This document shows positions 17,608 to 26,941 of a stretch of 28,153 nucleotides of DNA, piece by piece. How positions within the stretch are numbered: the first letter of the stretch is position 1; each line of letters starts with the position of its first letter. The notes beneath the pieces were generated by a model. That model saw only the letters and a list, made by a program, of their open reading frames with translations. It did not search any database and was not told the origin of the DNA. Both the position numbers and the translations under genes were made by a program. The stretch comes from a virus (lineage: Duplodnaviria > Caudoviricetes), in the IMG/VR virus record IMGVR_UViG_3300011339_000109, positions 1 through 28,153 of that record. One strand, 5' to 3'.

Positions 17608-18524
17608 TGACAACACTAGGACAAATGATTGATGAAGTTCTCATCAACCTTTCAGGTTATACTTATCAGCAGGACCGTTCTACCTATCTCAGAACGGCTA
17701 TCAGCACACTGACTTCACCAAGTACTTCACCTACAATCTTGTCACTTGGTGACACAAGTAACGTAGGTAAAGGTGTACTTGAGGTTGACGAAGAGCTTAT
17801 GTGGATTGACTCATTTGACCGTGTTGCAAACACAGCAACTGTTTCACCTTATGGACGTGGGTATCTTGGAACTGTAGCAGCAACACATGCTGCCGATGCT
17901 AAGGTTACCATCTCACCTATCTTCCCTCGTTATGTAATTAAGAAGGCAATCAACGACACTATCCGAGCAATGGGTGCGAGCCTATTGTCTATCAAGCAGA
18001 CTACCTTCACATTCAATGCAGCAATCAATACATATGAGTTTGAAAATCTCAACATTGAGAATATCCTCACTATGTCATGGCAAGATACTGGTCCTTCTAA
18101 GGAATGGATTCGTATCAAGCGTTGGGACTTTGACCCACTAGCAGATGTTGACACATGGGGTTCAGGCTCACAGACTGTAACTATCTACGACTGGATTACT
18201 CCAGGACGTACAGTTAAAGTGATGTACGCCACACCACCTACAGCAATGGATAGCAACTCTGATGTCTTTACAACGACTACAGGATATCCTGAGTCAGCAC
18301 GAGACATTGTAATCCTAGGTGCAGCATACAGATTATTGGCTTACCTTGACCCAGCACGTGCGGGCCAAATCAGCCCACAGGCGGACGAAACAGATGGCAA
18401 GCGCCCATACGGTGCGAGCGCATCAGCAACAAAGCAACTCTTTGCTCTTTACTCACAGCGTCTTAATGAGGAAGTTGCAACACAGCAAAACCAGTACCCG
18501 CCACGAATTCATTATACTCGATAG
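17607..18524 (+). CDS. Probable head-tail adaptor (tail tubular protein A-like)
   Basis: Helical N-terminus, KKAINDTIR, central beta region and C-terminal helices; directly before the fibre gene. Function inferred. Confidence 0.6.
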   Translation: MTTLGQMIDEVLINLSGYTYQQDRSTYLRTAISTLTSPSTSPTILSLGDTSNVGKGVLEVDEELMWIDSFDRVANTATVSPYGRGYLGTVAATHAADAKVTISPIFPRYVIKKAINDTIRAMGASLLSIKQTTFTFNAAINTYEFENLNIENILTMSWQDTGPSKEWIRIKRWDFDPLADVDTWGSGSQTVTIYDWITPGRTVKVMYATPPTAMDSNSDVFTTTTGYPESARDIVILGAAYRLLAYLDPARAGQISPQADETDGKRPYGASASATKQLFALYSQRLNEEVATQQNQYPPRIHYTR

Positions 18525-18532
18525 GAATATAA

Positions 18533-20191
18533 ATGACAACACGCAACTACTCCTCTCGCTCTCAGCAAACTACCTTAACTGGCGCAGTCACCTCTGGCGC
18601 TACGTCAATGGTTGTTGTATCAGGCACCGCTCTCCTTGGTGGCGTGACTATTCCTGCGGGCACAACCTTTACGATTGTTCTTGACCCAGATACAGCCCTT
18701 GAAGAAATTGTAGATGCCACGGCGGTATCTACCAATACCTTTACAATCACCCGTGGTATCGATGGTTCCTCAGCCCAGGCTCACTCAGCTGGTGCTGTTG
18801 TTCGTCACATGGCTATCGGTCGTGACTACCGCGAAGCAAATGCCCACGTAGAGGCTTCTACAGGGGTTCACGGCATCTCAAACTCATCTTCTGTAGTTGG
18901 AACTATCGACACTCAGACCCTGACTAATAAGACCCTTACAAGCCCTACAATCACCAACCCTAGTATCTCAGGTGCTGGAGTAGATGCAAGCATTGTCTTT
19001 GAGGGTGCTACTGCTGATGCCTATGAAACTACCCTGACTGTAACTGACCCTACACAGGACAACACAATCACACTGCCTAACACAACTGGCACAGTAGTAG
19101 TTGCTACTGCAGTACAGACTCTAACAAACAAGACTTTAACTAGCCCAATCATTTCTGGCTCACCAGTTATTACTGGTCTATCTTCTGCAGGTATGTCTGC
19201 CTCATCTGCTACTCCTAAAGATTATGTAGATAGTATTTTAGGCTCTGCAACAGCAGCAGCCACCTCAGCAGCAAGTGCTGCTACAAGCGCAGCATCTGCT
19301 GCGACTTCTGCTGGAAGCGCAGAAACATCAGCAATAGCATCTGCTACATCTGCTACAGCCTCAGCAAGTTCAGCAACGGCTGCAGCAACTTCGGCTACAT
19401 CAGCAGCTGCCTCTGCCACAGCAGCGGCAACTAGTGCAACTAGTGCAGCAGCCAGTGCTACAACTGCTGCTAACTCAGTAGCCATAATTGCTGGCTATGC
19501 AACAAGTGCAGCCAACTCAGCAACTGCTGCAGCAACTAGCGCCACAAGCGCGGCTGCATCTGCAACTGCTTCTGCTAATAGTGCAACAGCATCTGCATCA
19601 AGTGCAACTGCTTCAGCTACATCTGCTACAGCGTCTGCAACATCTGCAAGTGCTGCTGCGACGAGCGCCTCATCTGCAGCGACATCAGCGACAAGTGCAG
19701 CGACAAGTGCTACCTCTGCAGCAGCGAGCGCTGCCAGTGCAGCAGCAGCCGTAGCTGCATCGTTTGATGCTAAGGGTGACTTACTGGTAGGTACAGGGCT
19801 GAATACCTTTGACCAACTAACAGTTGCTGCAACTAACGGATATGTCTTGAGTGTGAACTCAGCAACTGCAACAGGACTTGAGTGGGCACCGACTAACCCT
19901 GGAGACATCACAGCAGTTACTGCTGGCACGGGGCTTAGTGGCGGAGGTACATCAGGTTCTGTTACGATATCGCTAGACACATCTAGCGTATATGTGGTTC
20001 CTTCGCAAACAGGCAACACTGGTAAGTACTTAACTACTAATGGCTCAGCTGCAAGCTGGGCAACAGTTGATGCACTACCATCACAGACTGGTAACTCAGG
20101 AAAGTATTTGACCACGAACGGTTCTGCTGCTTCTTGGTCAACAATTGTAACCGACCCAACCCCAAGCATCTTTATGCTAATGGGCGCTTAA
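18533..20191 (+). CDS. Tail fibre protein with Ala/Ser/Thr heptad-repeat shaft
   Basis: QTLTNKTLTSP twice, long SAASAAT-like repeats, AKGDLLVG, GDITAVTAGTGLSGGG, and PSQTGNxGKYLTTNGSAASW twice. Confidence 0.8.
   Translation: MTTRNYSSRSQQTTLTGAVTSGATSMVVVSGTALLGGVTIPAGTTFTIVLDPDTALEEIVDATAVSTNTFTITRGIDGSSAQAHSAGAVVRHMAIGRDYREANAHVEASTGVHGISNSSSVVGTIDTQTLTNKTLTSPTITNPSISGAGVDASIVFEGATADAYETTLTVTDPTQDNTITLPNTTGTVVVATAVQTLTNKTLTSPIISGSPVITGLSSAGMSASSATPKDYVDSILGSATAAATSAASAATSAASAATSAGSAETSAIASATSATASASSATAAATSATSAAASATAAATSATSAAASATTAANSVAIIAGYATSAANSATAAATSATSAAASATASANSATASASSATASATSATASATSASAAATSASSAATSATSAATSATSAAASAASAAAAVAASFDAKGDLLVGTGLNTFDQLTVAATNGYVLSVNSATATGLEWAPTNPGDITAVTAGTGLSGGGTSGSVTISLDTSSVYVVPSQTGNTGKYLTTNGSAASWATVDALPSQTGNSGKYLTTNGSAASWSTIVTDPTPSIFMLMGA
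19245..19760 (+). repeat. Degenerate coding repeat of Ala/Ser/Thr heptads
   Basis: About 170 residues almost all A, S or T, with synonymous codons diversified. Confidence 0.85.
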
Positions 20192-20208
20192 TCTAAGGAG
20201 AAATAATA

Positions 20209-20535
20209 ATGGCTAAAAAAGTTCTTGGGCAAGTGAACCCATCAGCAACTACACTAACAACTCTATACACAGTACCTTCTGCAAAGGAAGCGGTAGTCTC
20301 TAGCATCTCAGTTGCTAACCTGACTTCAACTGCTGCAACATTTAGACTGGCAGTACGTCCAGCAGGTGCTGCCATTGACCCTAAGCACTACATTGGATAT
20401 GACATCACAGTAGGTGCATCTGACTCAACAATCATTACAGTAGGTTTAACCCTTGCAACAACTGACGTACTCTCTGTCTACGCTTCTACAGCAAACGTTG
20501 CTTTCCAGGCGTTTGGAGATGAGGCTTCGGTCTAA
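20209..20535 (+). CDS. Small beta-rich tail-associated protein
   Basis: RBS AAGGAG; 108-aa beta-strand-rich sequence between the fibre and adhesin genes. Confidence 0.7.
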   Translation: MAKKVLGQVNPSATTLTTLYTVPSAKEAVVSSISVANLTSTAATFRLAVRPAGAAIDPKHYIGYDITVGASDSTIITVGLTLATTDVLSVYASTANVAFQAFGDEASV

Positions 20536-21392
20536 TGTCTATTTCAAGTCTTAAGACTGGAACAGTATCTCCATCTAGCATCTTGGCTGGTAACTCACCA
20601 TATCTTCCCGTTTCGTCTGTTGATTATCTTGTAGTAGCAGGTGGCGGTGGTGGCAGTTATGCAGGTGGCGGTGGTGGTGCAGGTGGATTTAGAACTGCTG
20701 CAAGTTTTTCAGTCACATCCCAAACTTACACAGTTACAGTAGGTAGTGGTGGTGCTGGTGATTCAGGTTCTGGTTCATCTATTAATCCACCAACAAACGG
20801 AAGCAATTCAGTATTTTCTACTATAACTTCTACTGGTGGTGGTTATGCTGGTGGTTTTCCTAACTATGTAAATGCAGCCAATACTGGTGGTTCTGGTGGT
20901 GGTGGTTTTAATACTGGCGCTGCAGTAACAGGCGCTAATGGAACTGCTGGTCAGGGTTCTAAAGGCGGTAATGGTGCAACGGAAGCAGGCGGTGGTGGTG
21001 GAGGAGCATCAGCAACAGGTTCTAACGCTTCATCTAATAATGGTGGCGCAGGTGGTGCTGGTACTTCTAACTCTTATTCGGGTTCTGCGGTTACTTACGC
21101 TGGTGGTGGTGGTGGTTCAGGATATAACAATGGCGCTAGCGGTGGTTCAGGTGGCGGTGGAACTGGAGCAAAAACTGGTCCAAGCGGAACTGACGGCTCA
21201 AGCGGAACTGTAAACACTGGCGGTGGTGCTGGTGGAATGAGAAACATTCAAAATAATGGTGGTTCAGGAATTGTCATTATCCGTCATTCAGATACCTTTC
21301 CAATTCAAACAACTACAGGTTCACCAACTATTACAACAAGTGGTGGATACCGCATTTACAAGTTTACTGGTTCAGGTTCAATTACATTCTAA
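20535..21392 (+). CDS. Glycine-rich adhesin/tail-fibre protein 1
   Basis: VDYLVVAGGGGG...YAGGGGG...NTGGGAGG...GGSGIVII...YKFTGSGSITF. Confidence 0.8.
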   Translation: MSISSLKTGTVSPSSILAGNSPYLPVSSVDYLVVAGGGGGSYAGGGGGAGGFRTAASFSVTSQTYTVTVGSGGAGDSGSGSSINPPTNGSNSVFSTITSTGGGYAGGFPNYVNAANTGGSGGGGFNTGAAVTGANGTAGQGSKGGNGATEAGGGGGGASATGSNASSNNGGAGGAGTSNSYSGSAVTYAGGGGGSGYNNGASGGSGGGGTGAKTGPSGTDGSSGTVNTGGGAGGMRNIQNNGGSGIVIIRHSDTFPIQTTTGSPTITTSGGYRIYKFTGSGSITF

Positions 21393-21401
21393 GGAGTAAT
21401 A

Positions 21402-22334
21402 ATGGCTATTAGAAGTCTTAAGACTGGAGCATTCAGTCGCAGTCTCCTTGTTGGTAATGCGTTTTATAATCCTTTGGCTTCTGTCGATTATTTAGTAGTT
21501 GCAGGTGGTGGAGGTGGTTCAGGTTCAGGCGCTGGCGCTGGTGGACTTCGTTCCACCGTTACGGCAACAGGAGGCGGGGGTTCTCTTGAAACCCCTCTTT
21601 CTTTAACTAATGGAGTTGCTTATACTGTAACAATTGGTGCTGGTGGTACTGGCGCAAATGGACAAACAACTGCTGGAAATAATGGAAGCAATTCAAGTAT
21701 ATCTGGAACTGGTATAACTACTGTAACCGCAACTGGCGGTGGTGGTGGTCAATATACTGGTGGAGGTTTATTATCTGGTATATCTGGCGGTAGTGGTTCG
21801 GGTGGAACTCAAGGCGGAGGAAGCGGTAGCGGAAGCGCGGCAGGTGGCGCTGGAACTGCTAATCAAGGTTATGCTGGAGGAAATTCTTTTTCTTTTGTGG
21901 CATCAACTTCTTCTACTGGAGGCGGCGGCGGCGCAGGTGCAGTAGGAAATAATGCAACTGGACAGAACACTGCAGGTGCTGGTGGAAATGGCGTGGCTGT
22001 AAGTATTACTGGTTCATCTGTAACTTATGCAGGCGGTGGGGGCGGTGGTATCTATGTAAATGGAACAGCAATATCTGGAGGTACAGGCGGTGGTGGAACT
22101 GGTTCTACAAACAATGCTGCTGGTTCGGCAGGAACCGCAAACACTGGCGGCGGTGGCGGTGGTGCGTACTCGGAAACATACAAAACTGCTGCGTATGCAG
22201 GTGGTTCTGGTGTAGTCGTCCTTCGTATACCTGGTTCTATTACAGCAGCATCTACTACAGGCTCTCCAACTAGAACAGAAACTGGTGGATACACAATTTA
22301 CAAATGGACTAGTTCAGGGAGTGTAACTTTCTAA
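21402..22334 (+). CDS. Glycine-rich adhesin/tail-fibre protein 2 (paralogue of 1)
   Basis: Same motif series, ending YKWTSSGSVTF; RBS AAGGAG. Confidence 0.8.
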   Translation: MAIRSLKTGAFSRSLLVGNAFYNPLASVDYLVVAGGGGGSGSGAGAGGLRSTVTATGGGGSLETPLSLTNGVAYTVTIGAGGTGANGQTTAGNNGSNSSISGTGITTVTATGGGGGQYTGGGLLSGISGGSGSGGTQGGGSGSGSAAGGAGTANQGYAGGNSFSFVASTSSTGGGGGAGAVGNNATGQNTAGAGGNGVAVSITGSSVTYAGGGGGGIYVNGTAISGGTGGGGTGSTNNAAGSAGTANTGGGGGGAYSETYKTAAYAGGSGVVVLRIPGSITAASTTGSPTRTETGGYTIYKWTSSGSVTF

Positions 22335-23299
22335 TGGCTGTTATCAGTATTAAAAACAAAACTAAAAGTGGCTCACTGCTAGTTGGTAATACACCTTATG
22401 ACCCAACACCACCAGCAACTATACTTGCTATTGCGTTTGGCTCTACAAACTCAGCAACATCTGAAGATAGTGGAACAACTTGGACATTGCGTTCTATGCC
22501 ATCAAGCCAAAATTGGTATGCACTTCGATATGATGCTGGAAAGTTTTTTGCTGCTGGTAATGGTAGTACAACTGCTGCTTATTCAACTGATGGTATAACT
22601 TGGACAACTACAACACTTCCTGCTTCAAAAGCCTGGAGTCAAACAGCATACGGTAATTCTACTTGGGTTGTTAATGGTCAAAATGACCCATCATATTTAG
22701 CGTATAGTTCAAATTTAACATCTTGGTCAAATTCAAGCGCTGGTGGCAGTGGCGTAGCGGGTGCTGGTGTAGCATTTGGTGCTGGTGTATTCGTAGTACC
22801 AGATACCGCAGGTAATGCTGGAACAAATGCTTATTATTCAAGTAACGGTACCAGTTGGACAAATGGTGGCTCAATGGGTGCAACTACTGGTTGGGGTCGT
22901 ATTTATTACGGAGCCAATGGTGGATTTATTGTAACTAATAATCTTAACAGCAATTATGTTTCACAGTCATCTACTGGTACTGGTTCTTGGACATTAAGAA
23001 CTTTACCAGCAACAAGGGCTTGGGGCAGTTGCCTTGCTTATGGAAATGGAACTTGGTCATATTTAAGTGGAGGAAGCACGCAGGGCGCTTATTCTACAAA
23101 TGGAACAACTTGGTCATCAATGACAGGTCCATCTACTGCTGCTTGGCAAAGTATGTGGTATAGCACAGCAAGAGGAAAGTTTATAGCAGTTGCAGGAGCA
23201 AGCAATTCAATAGCAATATCCTCAACTGGAACAGGGTCTTGGACTCTTGGAACATTACCAGCAACAGGTGACTGGTACAGTATTAGTTCTAATGCTTAA
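22334..23299 (+). CDS. Asp-box/BNR-like repeat beta-propeller, putative receptor-binding protein
   Basis: Roughly 40-aa repeats of the type AYSTDGITWT..TLP...W...AYGN. Confidence 0.75.
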   Translation: MAVISIKNKTKSGSLLVGNTPYDPTPPATILAIAFGSTNSATSEDSGTTWTLRSMPSSQNWYALRYDAGKFFAAGNGSTTAAYSTDGITWTTTTLPASKAWSQTAYGNSTWVVNGQNDPSYLAYSSNLTSWSNSSAGGSGVAGAGVAFGAGVFVVPDTAGNAGTNAYYSSNGTSWTNGGSMGATTGWGRIYYGANGGFIVTNNLNSNYVSQSSTGTGSWTLRTLPATRAWGSCLAYGNGTWSYLSGGSTQGAYSTNGTTWSSMTGPSTAAWQSMWYSTARGKFIAVAGASNSIAISSTGTGSWTLGTLPATGDWYSISSNA

Positions 23300-23314
23300 T
23301 TATAAGGAGAAAAA

Positions 23315-23614
23315 ATGCACTATACAGTAGATTCAATAACTTACGCAGTAAGTATTTTTGACGGCACTAATGCTGAGCCATTTTGGTACCAGCCACATTA
23401 CCCTGATGGTGGAACGTTTGATTCATTTGAAGAAGCAACCACTTGGGCTGAACTTGCCCTTGCTTCACATACTGATGAGTCTGCACCATTTCCTCCTAAT
23501 GGCAAAGGACAACCTGGACTACCTAAACCAACTGCAGAAGAAATTCGCCAAGCAAAATTAGAACGCCTTGGTCTAACAGTAGATGACCTTAAGATTCTAT
23601 TAGGAATTAACTAA
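23315..23614 (+). CDS. Hypothetical protein, possible fibre assembly factor
   Basis: RBS AAGGAG; C-terminus AKLERLGLTVDDLKILLG. Confidence 0.65.
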   Translation: MHYTVDSITYAVSIFDGTNAEPFWYQPHYPDGGTFDSFEEATTWAELALASHTDESAPFPPNGKGQPGLPKPTAEEIRQAKLERLGLTVDDLKILLGIN

Positions 23615-23621
23615 AGAGGTA

Positions 23622-23999
23622 ATGATGGCACACTTTGCACAACTAGATGAAAACAATGTAGTCACACAGGTAATCGTTGTGGCTAATGATGAACTACTTC
23701 TTGATGGGGTAGAGAACGAGACTAAAGGAATTATGTTCTGCAAGTCTCTACTAGGTGAGGATACCCGCTGGGTTCAGACATCTTACAACGGCAAAATCCG
23801 TAAGAACTATGCTGGCATTGGCTACACCTATGACCCAGTTGCTGACCACTTCTTTGCACCTCAGCCTTATCCATCTTGGACATTAGATGCTGATGCTAAG
23901 TGGCAGGCACCAACTCCTATGCCAGTTGAAGAAGGAAAGTTCTTCACTTGGGACGAGCCAACTCTATCTTGGGTTGAAGTAGTACTACCAACAGAATAA
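23622..23999 (+). CDS. Conserved phage protein (MAHFA type), possible fibre chaperone; start 23622 or 23625
   Basis: MAHFAQLDENNVVTQVIVV...WVQTSYN...RKNYAGIGYTYD...PQPYPSW, a type I recall beside Gly-rich fibre genes. Confidence 0.75.
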   Translation: MMAHFAQLDENNVVTQVIVVANDELLLDGVENETKGIMFCKSLLGEDTRWVQTSYNGKIRKNYAGIGYTYDPVADHFFAPQPYPSWTLDADAKWQAPTPMPVEEGKFFTWDEPTLSWVEVVLPTE

Positions 24000-24014
24000 A
24001 GAAAGCAGGGGACA

Positions 24015-24740
24015 ATGGCTAAGATAAACAAGGGAACGCTAGCAATTGGCTGGTGTGACAACGGTAACACTGATGGTAAGTTCACAGAAGGTGTTGTTAG
24101 CGTAGCACTACAGTGCTCCAACAATGGCATCCAACTAACCCACAGCATGCGAGTGCAGGGCAATCAGATTGGCAGACAACGCCAGGTTCTGTTTGACTAC
24201 TGGGCTGACCAGATTAAAACTGACTGGCTTCTATGGATTGACTCAGACATTGTAGTCAACATGGAGGTAGTTGCTAAACTCTGGGATGTAGCTGACAAGA
24301 TTAACAGACCAGTTGTTAGTGGAACTTATTTTATTTCTAAGGAGAATGAGGGTACATTGGCTAAGCCATACCCTGCATTGTTCTTTGATGTAGATGAACA
24401 TACTATCCAGCATGTACACCCACTGCCACATAACGAAGTTATAAAGGTAGATAGTGCAGGGTTCGGCTTTGTGCTTATGCACAAGTCAATCATCCCTAAG
24501 ATGCGCGAGAAGTTCCCAGACCAGTCAATGTTCGCTGAACAAGAAAACGTTGGCGACAAGTATGTAGGTGAGGACATTGTCTTCTTCCGTAAGATGCAAG
24601 AAGCAGGTATACCGCTACACGCACACACTGGTGCATTAGTGCGACACATAAAGCGATTCTCGCTAGATGTCGGGTACTATGATATGTACTGGACATTAGA
24701 TATGATTAAACAAAGAGCGCAAGAAAAACAACAAGACTAA
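24015..24740 (+). CDS. Glycosyltransferase, GT-A fold (GT2-like)
   Basis: DxD motif WLLWIDSD, AGFGFVLMH, catalytic-type GED motif and a downstream His (VRHIK). Confidence 0.85.
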   Translation: MAKINKGTLAIGWCDNGNTDGKFTEGVVSVALQCSNNGIQLTHSMRVQGNQIGRQRQVLFDYWADQIKTDWLLWIDSDIVVNMEVVAKLWDVADKINRPVVSGTYFISKENEGTLAKPYPALFFDVDEHTIQHVHPLPHNEVIKVDSAGFGFVLMHKSIIPKMREKFPDQSMFAEQENVGDKYVGEDIVFFRKMQEAGIPLHAHTGALVRHIKRFSLDVGYYDMYWTLDMIKQRAQEKQQD

Positions 24741-24749
24741 GGAGTCTAC

Positions 24750-26729
24750 GTGGCTGGTCGTGATATTACCGAAGGTCGTGCAACGCGAGCGATTGCTGTT
24801 GACGTAGGTGTAGTTTCTACTACAGCTATCTGGCAAAACACTGATGTAGCATATGATGTTGCAGTTGGTGGCATGCCATTCATTTATGCAATTAATGATG
24901 CACGCCCATATATCCGACAGACTGCACCATTCCGCAAGGAACAGTTTGATAATCAGACTGAACCAGGCGAGCAATCACTTACTGGTTGGTGGATTCGTAG
25001 TCAGCAATCTTTCCATGGCGGGGACGGTATAACATTTTACGACCCAGCCCAGACATCCGCCAACTCACCTGACCACTATCGCTTTGCCGATAGCAAGGGA
25101 GTTAATGTTTGGGACCAGGGCAAAGTAACACTGCTTAACAATGTAGATGCAGGACATAATACTACTGGTCAAATCAAGAGCAACCTACGAGTAGACCAAC
25201 ATATCCGTTCTATCAAATGGAACAATACATCTGGCGTACTGTTACAAGATGAATATGATGTTGACAAAATTGCATCTGATGGTACAGTAACACACTTCGT
25301 CGACTACAATTCAGGTGTCGACTCACCAGTCTATGCTATCTGCGATGACGGAACATACGCATACTGGATTACTAACACAGCAACTAAGAAGACTGTTTAT
25401 AAGAAGCCTTTGACTGGTACATCTGCATCTACTGCAGACGTTACAAAAATGTTTGACGAAATTGGCACGGTTGCTAATGCAACTATGGAGTATGTCAAAG
25501 AGCGCATTGTTATGTGCGCTGATAATAAAGTCTATGAGTTTGCTCCCTCTGCTGTTGCAATGCCAACACCTGTATATACTCATCCATCAGCAACGCACGT
25601 ATACACTAGCATCGCAGCATCAGGTTCTGCTATCTATGTAGCAGGTTACAATGGTATTCAGTCAACTATTATCAAGTTTACTTTATCTACTGCTGGCGTA
25701 ATGCCAACACTAACATCTGCAATTACTGCAGCTGAGCTTCCAGTTGGTGAGATAGTGCATAAGATTCACTACTACCTTGGCTATATGATGATTGGAACTA
25801 ATAAGGGTATCCGTGTAGCACAGGTGTCTGACCAAGACGGTTCTATTTCATATGGTCCACTAATCGTGGAAACATCACAGCCATGCTATGACTTTGCTAG
25901 CCGTGACCACTATGTGTGGTGCGCTGCTGGTGTAGCAGGAGAGCCTGGTGTAATTCGCATTGACTTGAGCCTACAAATAGAACCACTACGCTTTGCATAC
26001 GCAAATGACTTATACTACGCTGGAGTATCTGGACATCAGACAACTGGCTGTGCATTTGCTAATGGTACTGACCAACTAATGTTCTGCACAACAGCAACTA
26101 CATCTGGTGTTGGTTATGTATACTTAGAAGATGAAGCAGAACTTATGACCTCGGGTTATATTCAGACTGGTTACATCCGATACAACACACTAGAACCTAA
26201 GAACTTCAAGCGACTCATTGCACGTGGTGATTATACCTATGGCTCAATGACACTAGAAACTGTAACCGCTGACGGCACTGAGTATGATGTAATCTCTTAT
26301 GATTCATCTGTTCCCGCGGTTGAAGTAACTACATCTAATCCACAGGAAGCGCAAGAGTATCTTGCTTACAAGTTTATCCTGTATCGTGATGGTACAACAA
26401 CATCACAGGGACCAATCATGGAAGGCTACCAAGCCAAGTCAACTATCGCTACGCCTAGACAGCGAGTAATGAGATTCCCCGTCTATTGTTATGACGTGGA
26501 GACTGATAGATACAATGTGCAGGTTGGATATGAAGGTAGAGCCTTCGACAGAATTGCACAGCTAGAATCTATTGAAGAGAACGGTGACGTAATTACCTGG
26601 CAGGATTTAACCACAGGTGAGTCACGCCAAGTTGTTATCGAACAAACCTCATTCACTCGCCTCACACCACCTGACCGTGGATTCACAGGTTATGGTGGTG
26701 TCATTGATATCACGATTAGGACTGTATAA
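24750..26729 (+). CDS. Probable tail nozzle / tail tubular protein B-like beta-rich protein
   Basis: GTG start with RBS AAGGAG; 659 aa, beta-strand rich; last structural gene before lysis. Confidence 0.55.
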   Translation: MAGRDITEGRATRAIAVDVGVVSTTAIWQNTDVAYDVAVGGMPFIYAINDARPYIRQTAPFRKEQFDNQTEPGEQSLTGWWIRSQQSFHGGDGITFYDPAQTSANSPDHYRFADSKGVNVWDQGKVTLLNNVDAGHNTTGQIKSNLRVDQHIRSIKWNNTSGVLLQDEYDVDKIASDGTVTHFVDYNSGVDSPVYAICDDGTYAYWITNTATKKTVYKKPLTGTSASTADVTKMFDEIGTVANATMEYVKERIVMCADNKVYEFAPSAVAMPTPVYTHPSATHVYTSIAASGSAIYVAGYNGIQSTIIKFTLSTAGVMPTLTSAITAAELPVGEIVHKIHYYLGYMMIGTNKGIRVAQVSDQDGSISYGPLIVETSQPCYDFASRDHYVWCAAGVAGEPGVIRIDLSLQIEPLRFAYANDLYYAGVSGHQTTGCAFANGTDQLMFCTTATTSGVGYVYLEDEAELMTSGYIQTGYIRYNTLEPKNFKRLIARGDYTYGSMTLETVTADGTEYDVISYDSSVPAVEVTTSNPQEAQEYLAYKFILYRDGTTTSQGPIMEGYQAKSTIATPRQRVMRFPVYCYDVETDRYNVQVGYEGRAFDRIAQLESIEENGDVITWQDLTTGESRQVVIEQTSFTRLTPPDRGFTGYGGVIDITIRTV

Positions 26730-26941
26730 TGTCTTCTGCCCAATGGCTAGGTCTAGCCGTATCTGTCTGTACACTAGTAGCTGCATTCGCCACATCAGTT
26801 CGCTGGCTAGTCAAGCACTATCTGTATGAACTCAAGCCTAACTCAGGCTCAAGCCTGAAAGATTCAGTTATTAGACTGGAAGAGAAGGTAGAAATACTTT
26901 ATCAGATTATGATTCAAAGAGGGAAAGATGAACAACGATGA
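26729..26941 (+). CDS. Small membrane protein (holin-like or lysis accessory)
   Basis: One N-terminal hydrophobic helix, then PNSGSSLKD and a short coiled coil. Confidence 0.65.
   Translation: MSSAQWLGLAVSVCTLVAAFATSVRWLVKHYLYELKPNSGSSLKDSVIRLEEKVEILYQIMIQRGKDEQR

Noticed and set aside
19245-19760. Antifreeze or ice-binding protein
   Set aside because: The resemblance is compositional only; flanking motifs identify a tail fibre.
19495-20169. 224-aa minus-strand Ala/Val-rich ORF (also 12066-12509)
   Set aside because: Mirror of GCN-rich repeats in the sense gene.
20535-22334. Diversity-generating retroelement template/variable repeat pair
   Set aside because: In the segments compared, the paralogues differ at synonymous and non-adenine positions, and no reverse transcriptase is in the window.
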